A DNA stretch of 64,000 bases, taken from NCBI RefSeq assembly GCF_009914755.1, contig NC_060925.1. One strand, 5' to 3'. A program made the position numbers and the translations under genes. The DNA comes from the human T2T-CHM13v2.0 reference genome, Homo sapiens. The notes beneath the pieces are model-generated. The model saw nothing but the letters and a program-made list of their open reading frames with translations. It ran no database searches and was not told the origin of the DNA. Positions 1 to 20,077 of this stretch are shown here, one piece after another. Numbering within the stretch: the first letter of the stretch is position 1; the number at the start of each line of letters is the position of its first letter.

Positions 1-689
1 ACAGAGCAAGACCCTGTCTCAGAAAAAGATAAAAGAAAAATTTTTAAAAAAAAAAGAAAGAAAGAAAAAAGAAAAGAAAACACCAAAAAAGAAAACAAAC
101 AGAAGCGGATTGCAGGGCCACAGAAGGGTTGCACTCAGGGACAGAACAAACAGGGGCCATGGGAGGTGGGCCTGGCAGTAAACAAGAGGGTGTGGTGACT
201 CCCAGTTTCCAAGAGAGGATGTGATTGGCTTGTTTGAATGATTCCCTGGGCTGGCAGGAAGGTGAAACTGGGTATGTTGAGGACCAGGTGGGTGAAGCTC
301 TTCTGGCTGATGGGGGAACTAGCAGGGTGGGAACTGGCCTTTGGGGCCCCATGAGGCTCAAAGATGCCAGGGCAGCAAATGAATGTCAGACCTTACAACA
401 CATCACCTAAAGGGCCTACTGTGTGCCCGGTGTGCTCTTAAACAAGGGGGTTGCTGAGCTGGGTGGTGCCACACACATCTGGTGCTCCTAACTTTGAACT
501 GGAGTCCCTGGCTCCAATAGGTCTGTTCTGAATCCAACTCTTTAAGACCGTCTCTGCTGCCTGCCCTCAGCTTGACTACTTCCCATGGAATCCTGACCCA
601 CTTTCAGATATTTAGGAACTTAGAAATCACTTCCTCATATGGAGTTGTCTTTGTTTTGCCCTAAATTCGATTAAAAAAAAAAAAAAACC

Positions 690-765
690 CTAACTATTGA
701 ATGACCCATAAAGCCTAAAATATTTACTATCTGGCCTTTTTCAGAATAGCGTACTAGTTCCTGGT
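690..765. mobile_element. MER58-like hAT MITE terminal fragment
   Basis: AAGCCTAAAATATTTACTATCTGGCCTTTTTCAGAA...CCTGGTCTAGA resembles the MER58 end plus a TCTAGA-type target. Confidence 0.55.
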
Positions 766-1023
766 CTAGAACAATGAATCTCACTGAGAAGGATGACACC
801 CCACGCCATGGGGCTTAGGCTCAAACCCAGACCTGGCTGTGGGGTCTTGGCCAGTTTACTTTGCCTCTCTGAGCCTCAGTTTCCTCATCTGTAAAATGGT
901 GATGAAAACTACCTACCACAGGATTTGTTTCTGGGATGATGAACATGTTCTGGGTTTAAATAATGGTGATGATTGCACAACTTTGTGAATATACTAAAAA
1001 AAATCACTGAATGGTACACTTTA

Positions 1024-1332
1024 TTTTTTAAATCTTTTTCTTTTTCTTTGAGACAGAGTCTCACTCTGTCACCCAGGCTGGAGTGCAATGGCACGATCTC
1101 AGCTCACTGCAACCTCCACCTCTAAAACGTTCAAGCAATTCTCCTGCCTTAGCCTCCCAAATAGCTGAGATTACAGGCATGCACCACCACACCCAGCTAA
1201 TTTTGTATTTTTAGTAGAGACAGGGTTTCTCCATGTTGGTCAGGCTGGTCTCGAACTCCTGACCTCAGGTGATCTGCCCGCCTCGGCCTCCCAAAGTGCT
1301 AGGATTACAGGCATGAGCCACTGCACCCGGCC
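1024..1332 (-). mobile_element. AluS, full length
   Basis: Dimeric Alu; TSD TGAATGGTACACTTTA at 1008 and 1333. Confidence 0.95.
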
Positions 1333-1394
1333 TGAATGGTACACTTTAAAAGGATAAGCTTATGATCTGTGAATTGTATTTCGATTTAAAAAAT

Positions 1395-1650
1395 GATCCT
1401 GGACAACACAGTGAGACCCCTCTGTCTCAAAAAAAAAAAAAAAAAATTAGTGGGGCATGGTGGAGTACGCCTGTAGTCCCAGTCACTCAGGAGGTTGAGG
1501 TGGGAGGCTGACTTGAGCCCAGGAATTCAAGGTTACAGTGAGCTATGATTGTGCCACTGCACTCCAGCCTGGACAACAGAGCCAGATGCTGTCTCTAAAT
1601 AAATAAATAAAAAGGTACAAAAAACCAAACCAAACCAAAACAAAAAAACC
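1395..1650 (+). mobile_element. AluJ-like, 5'-truncated
   Basis: Partial left arm, linker, right arm and A-rich tail. Confidence 0.85.
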
Positions 1651-2072
1651 CTACCTCCAAAGGCTGCTGTAAGGATGAAGTGAGATAATGTGTGTGAAGA
1701 GTTTAGCACAGCACCTGGTACAGGGTAGGTGTTTTCATCATCACCATCATCATCATCGTCTGGAGGCAGGAGAGTCATTTGAAACAAAGGAATGTAAACA
1801 AGCTTGATGTTATCAACTGATTGTTATTTTCTATTTTCCACTTTACCTAGAATAGTAAAGCATATGGCTAGCAAGCAAAATCAACATTCATAGAAATCAC
1901 ACTATTAAAAATGTGTATTTTTACAGATAAAAATAAATTTATTTTTCTTAAAATATTATGCTTGACAGATTTGACTATGCAAAAAATAAATTTTTCTTTA
2001 TGGCAACGACACTGTTAACAAAGCCAAAATAATAGATTAGGGACAAATTTTTCCACATAAAACAAAGGGTTC

Positions 2073-3296
<1,224 letters not shown>

Positions 3297-3441
3297 TTAG
3301 GAGATCGTGCTCACCCTCACAGGGAGGTCAGGGAATACACATTTACAACCAGAAGATACTATTTTTCTCTTACAATATTGACAACAATTTAAACAATTAG
3401 TAATATATGGGGAAGTGTTAATGAGCCACAAATCGCTACCC

Positions 3442-3600
3442 TTTTTTTTTTTTAGAGACGGGGCCTCCCTATGTTGCCCAGCATAAAATACAGTGGCTAC
3501 TCACAGGCACCATCAAAGTGCACTGCAGCCTCAAACCCCTGGGCTCCCACCTCAGCCTCTTGAGTAGCTGGGACTACGGGCATGCACTACACACCCAGCT
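3442..3600 (-). mobile_element. FAM (free Alu monomer)
   Basis: FAM/7SL-specific CAGTGGCTACTCACAGG segment absent from dimeric Alus. Confidence 0.75.
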
Positions 3601-3998
3601 AATATTTTTTAAAAATCGCTCTTTTTTAAAAACTGAAATACAATTCAGATCATAAACTCATGCTTTAAAGCTTGCTACAACCTTTGAGAAAATCATCTGA
3701 CATTATTTATTAAAATTTAAAACATGCATACATAACTAAATTATTAAAAATTAAAATGCATACTTTTTGACACAGCAATTCCACTTCTAGGAAATAAAAC
3801 TATGAGTGCTTTTATTAACGATATGTGTGCAAGGAGATTCACTGAAGCACTCATAACCGCAACAAGCAAAAAAACTGGACCCAAGCTACAAGGCCACCAG
3901 TGAGAGAAAGCTGCATGAATGAGTCTACATATCTCACATAGGATGTTACTAGCTACTAAAAAGAATGAAATATTGCATATGAATATGAATGACCGCTA

Positions 3999-4372
<374 letters not shown>

Positions 4373-4825
4373 CGCAGAACAGTATTATATGTACAAGATA
4401 TACAGTATATCCTGTTATGTAAAACTGGGGATGGGGGGCAATGCATATACATAATTGCTTATCCATGCTTAATGCAGCCCTGGAAGGATGCACAAGAAAG
4501 GTAACACTGGAAGCTTTTGGGGAGATAACCGGGTACCTGGGGTAGGGGTGAGAGGGAGGCTCATTTTTGAATATTCTTGTGTACCTCTGGAGTTTTGAAT
4601 CATGTGAATTACTTAATATAATTGTAGATTAATTAATATATCTAAATATATTGGAAAGCTGTCTGCTATGTATTGTTAAATGAAAAAAGTATATTCCAGA
4701 ACAGTATAGAATGATTCTTTTTGTAGAAAAAGGAAAGAAAGCAAAAGAAAGGAACAAACATCCTAACACTATACACACATACACGCACATATCTTTGTTT
4801 AGGCATTAAAAAAAAAAGAAGAATG

Positions 4826-5160
4826 GGCAGGTGCAGCGGCCCACACCTGTAACCCCAGCACTTTGGGAGGCCAAGGTGGGAGGATGCTTGAGGCCAGGAG
4901 TTCAAGACAAGCCTGGGCAACATAGTGAGATCTCATCTCTACAAAAAACTTCAAAAATTAGCCAGGAACGGTGGCTCAAGGCTGTAGTCCCAGCTACTCA
5001 ATAGTCTGAGGCAGGGGGATCGCTTGAGCCCAGCAGTTCGGGGCTACAGTGAGTTATAATTGTGCCAATGCACTCCAGGCTAGGTGACAAATGCAAAACC
5101 CCATCTCAAACTAAACAACTAAACTAAACTAAACTAAAAACAACAGCAACAAAAAAAAGA
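4826..5160 (+). mobile_element. AluJ with (AAACT)n tail
   Basis: GCTTGAGGCCAGGAGTT and GCTTGAGCCCAG J-type motifs. Confidence 0.9.
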
Positions 5161-6389
5161 AAAATGTTCTTTACACATGACCATGCATAACTTCCATAAT
5201 TTAAAAAAGAGTATTAAAAATAAATTGCCTTTGTTTTTATTTGTTGTCACAATGCTTAATAGTTTTGAGCTGATGACTCTGGTCTGGAAGATTTTCATGC
5301 AAATTCTCAGTATCTCAGACACAGCAGGAAGAGCTTCTCTTGTCACCCTGAGACCTACTCTGCAGGTTGGACGTTGCTTTCCCTGTCCTCAGAAATTTCA
5401 AGTTCTGTATTTTTAACCCAACAGCCTTGGCTCTCCAAGCACCTTCCTGCAGAGGTGAGAAAGATGCAGACTTCCCAGGATGTTAAAGAGATCAGAGGAG
5501 ATGTTTTGGGAAACAGAATGAGAGAGACAGGAGCAGGGGGAGGCACGGGAGGCTCCTGGAACCCAGTGCCAGCCTCTGCCCTCAAGGAGCTGGGTAGAAG
5601 CCCTTCCAGCTCCCCACGGCTGCCTGGGTGTCAGTTCTGTTCCGGCCCCTAAGAGTCGCATTTTTGTTATTTTGGCAGGGGTAGACAGTTATAGGGCTTC
5701 ATTCCTCAGTGACATCCCTGTGATGCTTCATTCCCACATATCATGAAGGGCTGGGCTGAGTCTTACATGGTTAGTCGCAGTGGAATCTCCAGCCAGCTTG
5801 GTTTCCACTAACCTGCTGGCTTTCTTGGATTGATTTACCGGTTATGTGCATCAGAGTCCCAGAGACTTGGTCTTCAACCCTATCTCTGCCACATACTATG
5901 TATGGGATTCCGGCCAGGTGACTTAACTTCTCTAAGCCTCAGTCTCCTCATCTGGAAATTGGGGGTGAGGGCGAATAAGCTCCTTTTCATGAAGATTTTG
6001 TGAGAGGCATGATGCTTCTAGTGAGCCTGGCACAGGGTGGATGCCACATCTGAAGCCACTGGCCTTAGGCTCAGTGGAGTCACAGCAAGTGGGAGGTGGC
6101 AGTGTGAGGTCACAGCAGTTCCTCTGTCCTGAATGAGCTGTAACCCTGGGAGTAACCTCATGATGTGAGCTGGATGGGCACTGCATGCATGTGCATTTGT
6201 GTGGGAATGCGTGGGCCTGAGTAGGAGGGAAAGCATGTCTAGAGTTGTCTCTTCCAGGTAATAACATAACTAGCTGGTTCAGTGAGAACTGCGGGCCAAC
6301 TGTCTGCCATCTTGAAGCCCGAAAAGCAAGAATCAAGGGGCTGTCTCAGCCAAGGCTCTAAGGCCCAGTTTATCAACATAGGCCTTTAG

Positions 6390-7007
<618 letters not shown>

Positions 7008-7535
7008 GATCGCCCTCTAAGTCCCTCGTGGGGCATAGTCAGCAACTCTCCCCCTTGTTCTTCTGCTCCTCACACCTCAAGTGAGATTGGACAAGCACTG
7101 TCATTAATTATTTCAGAGGTAACCGAAGCAGTGCTCGCCACCCCAACAGCTGAGGCTGCAAATGCCAGGTTGGTTTTATTTTTCAGGGAAATAGTTGCAT
7201 CCACCAATCACAAGCCCATCCTGTTGAGTGCCCAGCGGTGGGTTGGGCTGGGTGAGGGGATGGTACCTAGTTCTGGCCCTGATGGGGCTTTTGGGGTGGC
7301 CTAGAGGGGTAGGGAGAAAGGTCACCTGAGAACAAGCTAGTCCCCTGCTCTGGGAGGCTGGCTCAGTGCGAGAGCTGGGCCTTTGAGAGTGGGAAGGACT
7401 GGGATAGGTGGGGATGAGAACCTGGGTTTGTGTCCAGGCTCCTCACTTCTTAGCCGTGTGACCTTGAGCAAGGTCAAACACCTTGCCTCCATTTCCTCAT
7501 TCTAGGCAATTGGTCAGGCATTTGGAAACATCATG

Positions 7536-7840
7536 CTGGGCACGGTGGCTCACACCTGTAATCCATGCACTTTGGGAGGCCGAGGCAGGCAGATCATTTG
7601 AGGCCAGGAGTTTGAGACCCTGGCCAACATGGTGAAACCCCGTCTCTACTAAAAATACACAAAAATTAGCCGGGCATGGTGGTGGCACGCGCCTGTAGTC
7701 CCAGATACTCAGGAGGCTGAGGCGGGAGAATTGCTTGAACCCAGGAGCCGGAGATCACAGTGAGCTGAGATCACGCCACTGCACTCCAGCCTGGGCGACA
7801 GAATGAGACTCCGTCTCAAAAACAAACAAATAAACAAAAA
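7536..7840 (+). mobile_element. AluS
   Basis: Dimeric Alu with (AAAC)n tail. Confidence 0.9.
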
Positions 7841-7847
7841 AGCATTT

Positions 7848-8015
7848 GGGTGGGAAGGGGGTGAGGGATAAAAGACTACAAATTGGGTGCAGTGTATACT
7901 GCTCAGGTGATGGGTGCACCAAAATCTCAGAAATCACCACTAAAGGACTTACTCATGCAACCAAATACCACCTGTTCCCCAATAACCTATAGAAATAAAC
8001 AATTAAAAAACAAAA
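7848..8015 (+). mobile_element. L1PB-like 3' end
   Basis: GGGATAAAAGACTACAAATTGGGTGCAGTGTATACTGCTCAGGTGATGGGTGCACCAAAATCTCAGAAATCACCACTAAAG, then A-rich tail. Confidence 0.85.
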
Positions 8016-8609
8016 CAACCCATTGTACTGTGGAAGCAGTGGGAATAGCCAGAAGAGGAAACCGAGGTTCAGGCAAGCACAGTGACTGCCCGAAGCCACA
8101 CAGTGAGTCACTTCCAAGCAGGACCCACAAGAGTCCCAGCCCAGGGTTGTAGCCTCTGTAACCTCTTTCCCATGGCCTCCTATGGTTCTCTCCTGTTCCC
8201 AGGCCCATCCCCATGGGCCCCATGTGCTTGGTGGCTGCTCTCTTCCTGTGATCCTGGAAACAGGCCTGGCACTGCCCAACTAATCTGGGTGCCCCATAAC
8301 TGTCCTTCCCCTCCAGTGCATGAAGTTTGTTAAATGCTTCCTCTGAGTTCTCAGAGTAGGTCCAAATGGTGGCTCATCTGAAAAATGATGGGGTAAGATA
8401 TGCTAAACTCCAACACTGGGGAATGGAAGGGATTTTCTTTTTGCCCAGGAACCCCTCCGAACCTTGGGGATTTCTGTCCTGAATTCAAGCTATTCCCACC
8501 ACTTCTGTAGTATGATGCTTCCAAATTTCTGACCAAGAGCCTAAGAAGTTTCAAACAGCGGCTCACACAGCCGGATTGGCAGCACACAGCCTGGCAGCGA
8601 GGCCCTGAA

Positions 8610-9190
<581 letters not shown>

Positions 9191-9309
9191 ATCTGTCTCC
9201 CCACTTACAGTGCAAGCTTGTTGAGGACAAGGATCATGTCTGTTTCGGACCTCGCACATAATGGACACTAAAATAAACAAACAAACAATTTAAATTTAAA
9301 TTTGCTAGA

Positions 9310-10062
<753 letters not shown>

Positions 10063-10325
10063 TTACCACAACTGTAATACAATTATGTAATTTTTCATCG
10101 ACGATTTGCCTTCCTTTCTAGACTATAAAATCCATTCAGGAAAGGCCCCTGCCTACTTTGATTACCCCCTACTATACCCATAGGCTTAGCACTGGCTCTG
10201 GCAAACATTAAACACTCAACAAATATTTTTCAACTGACTGATGGCTCAAAAGCTTAGCAGAAGATTAGTTAGTGAATGGAGTGGTTAATGAATAGAGAAA
10301 ACTTGCTTTTTAAAAAGACTAATGA

Positions 10326-10945
10326 GGCCGGGCGTGGTGGCTAACACCTGCTGAGGCAGGAGAATGGCGTGAACCCGGGAGGCGGAGCTTGCAGTGAGCC
10401 GAGATAGAGCCACTGCACTCCAGCCTGGGCGACAGAGCGAGACTCTGTCTCAAAAAAAAAAAAGACTAATGAGCTGGGTGTGGTCACGTGTGCCTGCAGT
10501 CCCAGCTACTTGGGAGGCTAAGGAGACTGGATCCCTTGAGTCCAGGAGTTTGAGGCTAGCCTGGGTAACACAGACAGACCTCATCTCTAAAACATAAATA
10601 AATAAAAAGCAAAAGACTAGCCAGGTACAGTGGCTCACACCTGTAATCCCAACACTTTGGGAGGCCAAGGTGGGAAGATACTTGAGCTCAGGAGTTCAAG
10701 ACCAGCCTGGGCAACAAACACAGCAAAACCCTGTCTTTACAAAAAATTTTAAAAATTAGCCAGACATAATGGTGCACACCTGTAGTTCCAGCTACTCAGG
10801 AGGCCGAGGTGAGAGGATTGCTTGAGCCCAGGAATTTTAGGCGGCAGTGAGCTTTGATCAACCGTGCCACTGCGCTCCAGCCTGGGTAACAAAATGAGAC
10901 CCTGTCTCTAAAAAAAAAAAAATAAAATAAATAAAGAATAAAGAA
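10326..10945 (+). mobile_element. Stack: deleted AluY (10326-10463), FLAM (10473-10605), AluJ (10620-10945)
   Basis: AluY TSD AAAAAGACTAATGA at 10312 and 10459. Confidence 0.88.
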
Positions 10946-10974
10946 TTTTAAAAGACCAATAAAACACTAGTAAA

Positions 10975-11282
10975 ATGTTAATACTCTATATAATAATATA
11001 TTAAGATATATGCAGTTAGTGCAAGAATTCATTTAATATAAATAGCCAGGTATCACTAATTCTTACGTATTATTTGTTACTGCTAGGCTTAACCTTGACT
11101 TAGAGCTCTGGCTAGAAGAGAATATATCTTTTAATCAATTTTTCAACTCTTAACAGTCTAAAACTTCCCGGGATGTATATCTAAATATCTCCGTGGGGCT
11201 TAAAAACACCTTAGCAATAAAAGCCCTTATACATGGCTTTCCTTAGGAGCCAATGCTGTCCTATTCATAGCCATAAAGACTA
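10975..11282. repeat. Copy A of a ~300-bp inverted duplication
   Basis: Reverse complement of 12845-13144; 19 mismatches in the gap-free block 11085-11255. Confidence 0.92.
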
Positions 11283-11614
11283 CATCCTTTCAACTGGGAG
11301 TACTAATCAGCTTTGCTGTTTCCTCTTCTTTCTCTACTCCTATTTTCCCCCCTGTATTTCAATCCACAGAAAGAAGAAAAAAACAAGAAAGGAAAGAAAG
11401 TGCCAAATCATGCAGTTTCTGCCCTTACCAGAAGCGTGAACCTTTTAATTGCCGTTCCCTGAGTGGAAAAAGATTTCTCTTCATCTGCTAGCTTTTCTCT
11501 AGTGATTTTTTTTTTCCTCTTCTTTTTTTGGAGGAAATTGCTTGTAGCTTCTCCCCTTCCCTTCTGACCAATTACTTAGCTGGGCATGCTGTAAAATAAA
11601 GTTTACATTAAATC

Positions 11615-11628
11615 GTCTCCATGGCAAC
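11615..11628. promoter_or_regulatory. RFX X-box motif
   Basis: GTCTCCATGGCAAC fits GTHNYY-AT-RRNAAC. Confidence 0.45.
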
Positions 11629-12329
11629 CTCACACACCAGATCTCTAGTTTTAAAGCAATCATATCCCTTTTCCCATTCAAGCTTGCCAAAAAGTAACTT
11701 TTCTTGAAAGTACACAGACAGAACCTAATAAGGTTTGTAAAGAGAGATAAATTGGTTGCACAAGATAGGGGTCCCTTGATGGAGAACATGAGATGAATTC
11801 CTGAAAAAATATCTCCTGTAAACCATGGTTATTTACAGTGTGCTCAAACCATTTTAAGTCTCCATAAGAAAGCTTGTTGAATTGTAAATATCAGGGGGAG
11901 CTCTCATTTTTGGAGCACCACCCAGTCCGTGCTAGACACTGGTCTGAGCACTTTCTATCCATGAATTACCTCATTTGATTTAATCCTAGATGTATCCTGC
12001 AGAGATTTTTTTTTTTTGCCCACAGATTGTCATTAGCGCCACTGGGCATCTGCTCATGTCGAAAATGTTTCAGTCTCCAAATTAACTACTTAGAGACGAA
12101 GTGTTCTTACACATACCTCCTAATAACAATAACAGCTGCCATTTACTGTGCTATGTCCACTGCCTGGAGATGTGCCTACCTCATCTCAGTTAATCATGAG
12201 AACAAGCTTAGGAGATCCTATTATCCCCTATTACAGATGAAGTAATTGAGGTTCACGGAGGGAAGGCAACTTGCTTACACAGCTAGGAAGTTGCAAAGTT
12301 GGGATTTGAACCAAGGTGGGTTTGGTCCC

Positions 12330-13334
<1,005 letters not shown>

Positions 13335-14736
13335 GTCCCAGAACAGGTACTCTTGTCACTCTGCCTCCCAGAAATTCTCCCAGCTAGGGAAACAAGGAAG
13401 AGAACATCCCTCTGCAGATGACATGGGTTTCCAGGTGTGGGTGTGAATGCCCTGGGCAGGCTCTGGACCAGGGGTGAGCAACTCTGGACCATGGGAGGTG
13501 AAGAAAAGAAGGAGTAGTCGCTCTCCCCTACTCCTTAAAGTTGCTGAGTTTTCATTGGTTCTCACCAACTGTAGTACTCATCTTTCTCTCTCCTCTCCCT
13601 CAACTTTTTGATCTGGCCACCTCCTACTCAACCTCCAAGTCTCAATTTAAAAGCTACCTCCTCTATGAAGCTTCCCTGTCTTTTCAGACAGAGTTCAGCC
13701 TGACAGATCTGGCTTAGTCACTTATGAGCTGTAGGACTTGTGCCAGATTTCTGTAGTTCTCAGAGCCCCAATTTGCTCATGTGTAAAATGGGGGCTTCAC
13801 AGGGTCATCATGAGGTTTCAATGTGTTCATGGATGATAAAAGTACATAGCAGAGCTCCCAGCCAAGGGAGTTCAGCAAATGTCAGTTCCTGTTATTGGCC
13901 TTCTGTGGCATTTTATTCCCTTTTCTATTATCATAATTATCTTATTTGTAGCTTGCACATCTCCCCAATAATTGGTGAGGCTTTGAGGGCAGGATCCTTA
14001 TTTTCTCTTTTGTATCTCCAGCCCTGGCACCAGCAAACATTTGTTGATTGAATGTATGAAAGATTATCTGGTACCATCTCCCAGAGCATTGGGCTCCTGG
14101 GAACTGTGGCCTGGAAGGAGTGGGGTGCTGGGGCTTCCCATGCTTCTCAAATGCAAATAGTTCTGAGAAAGATCACTAGACCAGCCAACCCTCAGCTGGG
14201 CTTGGTTGGTGTGCAGCTGAGAGAGACCACCATCTAGGGACCTGGGTTAGGAAGATGTATGCCCTGGGGGCAGGAAGATGGAAAACAACTTTGACCACTG
14301 CCAGCCTAGGCTAGGTCACTCTGAATAACCTTATGGTGTTTTGAATCAATTTTTTTTTTAAAAAGCAGAGCATATACAAATAAATAAAATAACAACAATC
14401 ATCTTTTAGGCCTCCCAAATCTTGTGTGTTTCTGGTTCTCCATCCATTGATGCCAGAGGTTCCTAAGACTGGTCCATGAAGGCAAAAATAAAAATAAAAA
14501 AGGTTGCAACCTGTGGGCAAACGTGTGTGGGGAGGGACATGGGAGGGAGGGAACTGCCCACTCACAGCAGACTCCAGGTCTCCCTGCAAGGCTGCGGGCA
14601 TTTTGTTTGGCCCAGCCTCTCTCCTCCTGTGTCTAACACTGTGGCCACCCGAGGAAACTGAAGAAAGGGCTTCCTCTGGGCTGGTCAGCTGCTGACCTGC
14701 TCAGGCTCATGACAGCTTTCAGACAGTGGATCCTCA

Positions 14737-15601
<865 letters not shown>

Positions 15602-16522
15602 TCAACACTTTCACAAGTGCCTGTTGTGTGCCTGACCCTGAGGATACAAATAATGATGCTGATAATTAGTATTAAATATGTGCTTACCTCATGCCAGGCC
15701 CAGCCTAAGCACTTTACAGATAACAGCTCATTTAGTTATAACGCTGGACGACAGATGTTATTCTTGTTACTTTCATTTTACAGATGAGGAAACTGAAGCA
15801 CAAAAAGGGTAAGTAACTGTCCCAAAGCCACATAGACAGTAAGTGGCAGAGCCTTGATTTGAACCCAAGCAGTCAGACTCCAGGCTCTTGGCCACTTGAG
15901 GTGCTCATGGGTTGGTGGGTTTCTGTGGATGACAGACAAAGAAACAGGCCATTTCAGGGATATTATAGATTTAGTTTCTCTAAGCCACTTAAAACAAAAT
16001 GCATTTGCCTGTCGTCAGGGTGTCAGCTACTAGCCCCACCCTGGGAGTTAGGTAAAGGATCTCTGGAAGACATAGGTAAGCTGAGATTGGAGAAGGGAGA
16101 GAGGGTGGAAAGGAGACCCAAGACAAGAGAGCAGCATGGGCAACGGTGTGTGGACAGGAGTGAGGTGCAGAGAAGAGCAGTGTCTGGCTCCGGGGCCGAC
16201 AGAGAGCTGGTGGTACAGCCAGACCCAGAACCCAGGTCTCCAAACCCCTATACCTATCCCACATTGTCTGTTAGGATTCCCGCTGCAGCAAGCCCAGCCA
16301 GTGTTGTAAAACTGCTGCTAAGTACTGGGAGACTCAGAAGAGCAGAATATGGACCTTCTAGCTGGGAGCATCCTACAGATTTGTACGGATTGATTGAGGA
16401 ACAAGACCAAGTAGTAGAGGGCAATTACTCAGCATTTTGGCAGAGATGAGCAGCTCCTAAATCAGTGCTTGTGGTGCCCTTCCCCATCTTTCAACTTCAT
16501 TTCTCTCTCTGTCTTTCCCCTC

Positions 16523-17884
<1,362 letters not shown>

Positions 17885-18369
17885 CCTTCCCCCAGCCCTT
17901 TTTTCTCACCTCCTTTTCTGATCTTTCTCCTCTGGGAAGAAGTGAGGAAACAGTGATGGAGAAAGGGGGTTTTTCTGATTTAAGCTTCAGGTCATTTCCA
18001 CCCTGAAGGTCTTCTGTCCTCCTTGGGAGTCTGATCATTTAAAGCCTCCTCTTCTGCTCTTTGCCAAGCCCTATATCCTTATCCTATGTCACCAGACATG
18101 TCCTGGCCACAGTCTGGGACATCGCTCAGCCTCTCACTTACACATGGGACTTGGGACCCAGAGAGAGGCTCTGACTTGCCTCAGGTCACACAGTGAATTA
18201 GTGGCAGCTCCAGGGCAAAGACAGGTGCATCCTTCTCCAACATCTCTCCTACTTTGTTTCCCAGCTGCTGCTAGCACAGAGCGGGGCTCACAGTAGCCAT
18301 TTGGTAACTGACCAAGAGAGGCAATATGGGACAATGGTGAACAGCATGGGCTTTGAAAACACATGAACC

Positions 18370-18380
18370 GGTGCATTGGA

Positions 18381-18411
<31 letters not shown>

Positions 18412-20077
18412 TCCCTCTCCCTCTCCCTCTCTCCCTCTCCGTCTCCCTCTCCCCTTTCCATGGTCTCCCCTCTCCCTCTCTTTCCACGGTCTCCCTCTCA
18501 TGCCAAGCCGAAGCTGGACTGTACTGCCACCATCTCGGCTCACTGCAGCCTCCCTGGTTGATTCTCCTGCCTCAGCCTGCCCAGTGCCTGCGATTGCAGG
18601 CACGCGCCGCCACGCCTGACTGGTTTTCGTATGTTTTTGGTGGAGACGGGGTTTCGCTGTGTTGGCCGGGCTGGTCTCCAGCTCCTAACCGCGAGTGATC
18701 CACCAGCCTCAGCCTCCTGAGGTGCCAGGATTGCAGACGGAGTCTGGTTCACTCAGTGCTCAATGGTGCCCAGGCTGGAGTGCAGTGGCGTGATCTCGGC
18801 TCACTACAACCTCCACCTCCCAGCCGCCTGCCTTGGCCTCCCAAAGTGCCGAGATTGCAGCCTCTGCCCGGCCGCCACCCCGTCTGGGAAGTGAGGAGCA
18901 TCTCTGCCTGGCTGCCCATCGTCTGGGATGTGAGGAGCCCCTCTGCCTGGCTGCCCAGTCTGGAAAGTGAGGAGCCTCTCTGCCCGGCCACCATCCCACC
19001 TAGGAAGTGAGGAGCGCCTCTTCCCGGCCGCCATCACATCTAGGAAGTGAGGAGCGTCTCTGCCTGGCCGCCCATCGTCTGAGATGTGGGAAGCGCCTCA
19101 GCCCCGCCGCCCCGTCTGGGATGTGAGAAGCGCCTCTGCCCTGCCGCGACCCCGTCTGGGAGGTGAGGAGCGTCTCTGCCCGGCCGCCCCGTCTGAGAAG
19201 TGAGGAGACCCTCCGCCTGGCAACCGCCCCGTCTGAGAAGTGAGGAGCCCCTCCGCCCCGCAGCCGCCCCGTCTGAGAAGTGAGGAGCGTCTCCGCCCGG
19301 CAGCCACCCCGTCCAGGAGGGAGGTGGGGGTCAGCCCCGCCAGGCCAGCCGCCCCGTCTGGGAGGTGAGGGGCGCCTCTGCCCGGCCGCCCCTACTGGGA
19401 AGTGAGGAGCCCCTCTGCCCGACCAGCCGCCCCGTCCAGGAGGGAGGTGGGGGGGTCAGCCCCCCGCCTGGCCAGCCACCCCGTCCGGGAGGTGAGGGGT
19501 GCCTCTGCCCGGCCGCCCCTACTGGGAAGTGAGGAGCCCCTCTGCCCGGCCGCCACCCCGTCTGGGAGGTGTGCCCAGCAGCTCATTGAGAACGGGCCAT
19601 GATGGCAATGGCGGTTTTGTGGAATAGAAAAGGGGGAAAGGTGGGGAAAAGATTGAGAAATCGGATGGTTGCTGTGTCTGTGTAGAAAGAAGTAGACATG
19701 GGAGACTTTTCATTTTGTTCTGTACTAAGAAAAATTCTTCTGCCTTGGGATCCTGTTGATCTATGACCTTACCCCCAACCCTGTGCTCTCTGAAACATGT
19801 GCTGTGTCCACTCAGGGTTAAATGGATTAAGGGCAGTGCAAGATGTGCTTTGTTTAACAGATGCTTGAAGGCAGCATGCTCGTTAAGAGTCATCACCACT
19901 CCCTAATCTCAAGTACCCAGGGACACAAACACTGCGGAAGGCCGCAGGGTCCTCTGCCTAGGAAAACCAGAGACCTTTGTTCACTTGTTTATCTGCTGAC
20001 CTTCCCTCTACTATTGTCCTATGACCCTGCCAAATTCCCCTCTGCGAGAAACACCCAAGAATGATCAATTAAAAAAA
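18370..20077 (+). mobile_element. Full-length SVA retrotransposon (probably B-D class) inserted in a MIR
   Basis: (CT)n/(CCCTCT)n head from 18381, antisense Alu-like region, GC-rich VNTR (~18860-19570), SINE-R, short A-tail; TSD GAAAACACATGAACC at 18355-18369 and 20078-20092. Confidence 0.97.

Noticed and set aside
15859-16449. 196-aa ORF partly in unique DNA
   Set aside because: Non-ATG start inside a MIR-like repeat, no recognisable domain or exon structure
18860-19570. Regularly spaced repeats resembling a CRISPR array
   Set aside because: SVA VNTR; no unique spacers; eukaryotic context
18134-20064. Dense overlapping ORFs and CpG-island-like composition
   Set aside because: Explained by the SVA hexamer, VNTR and SINE-R
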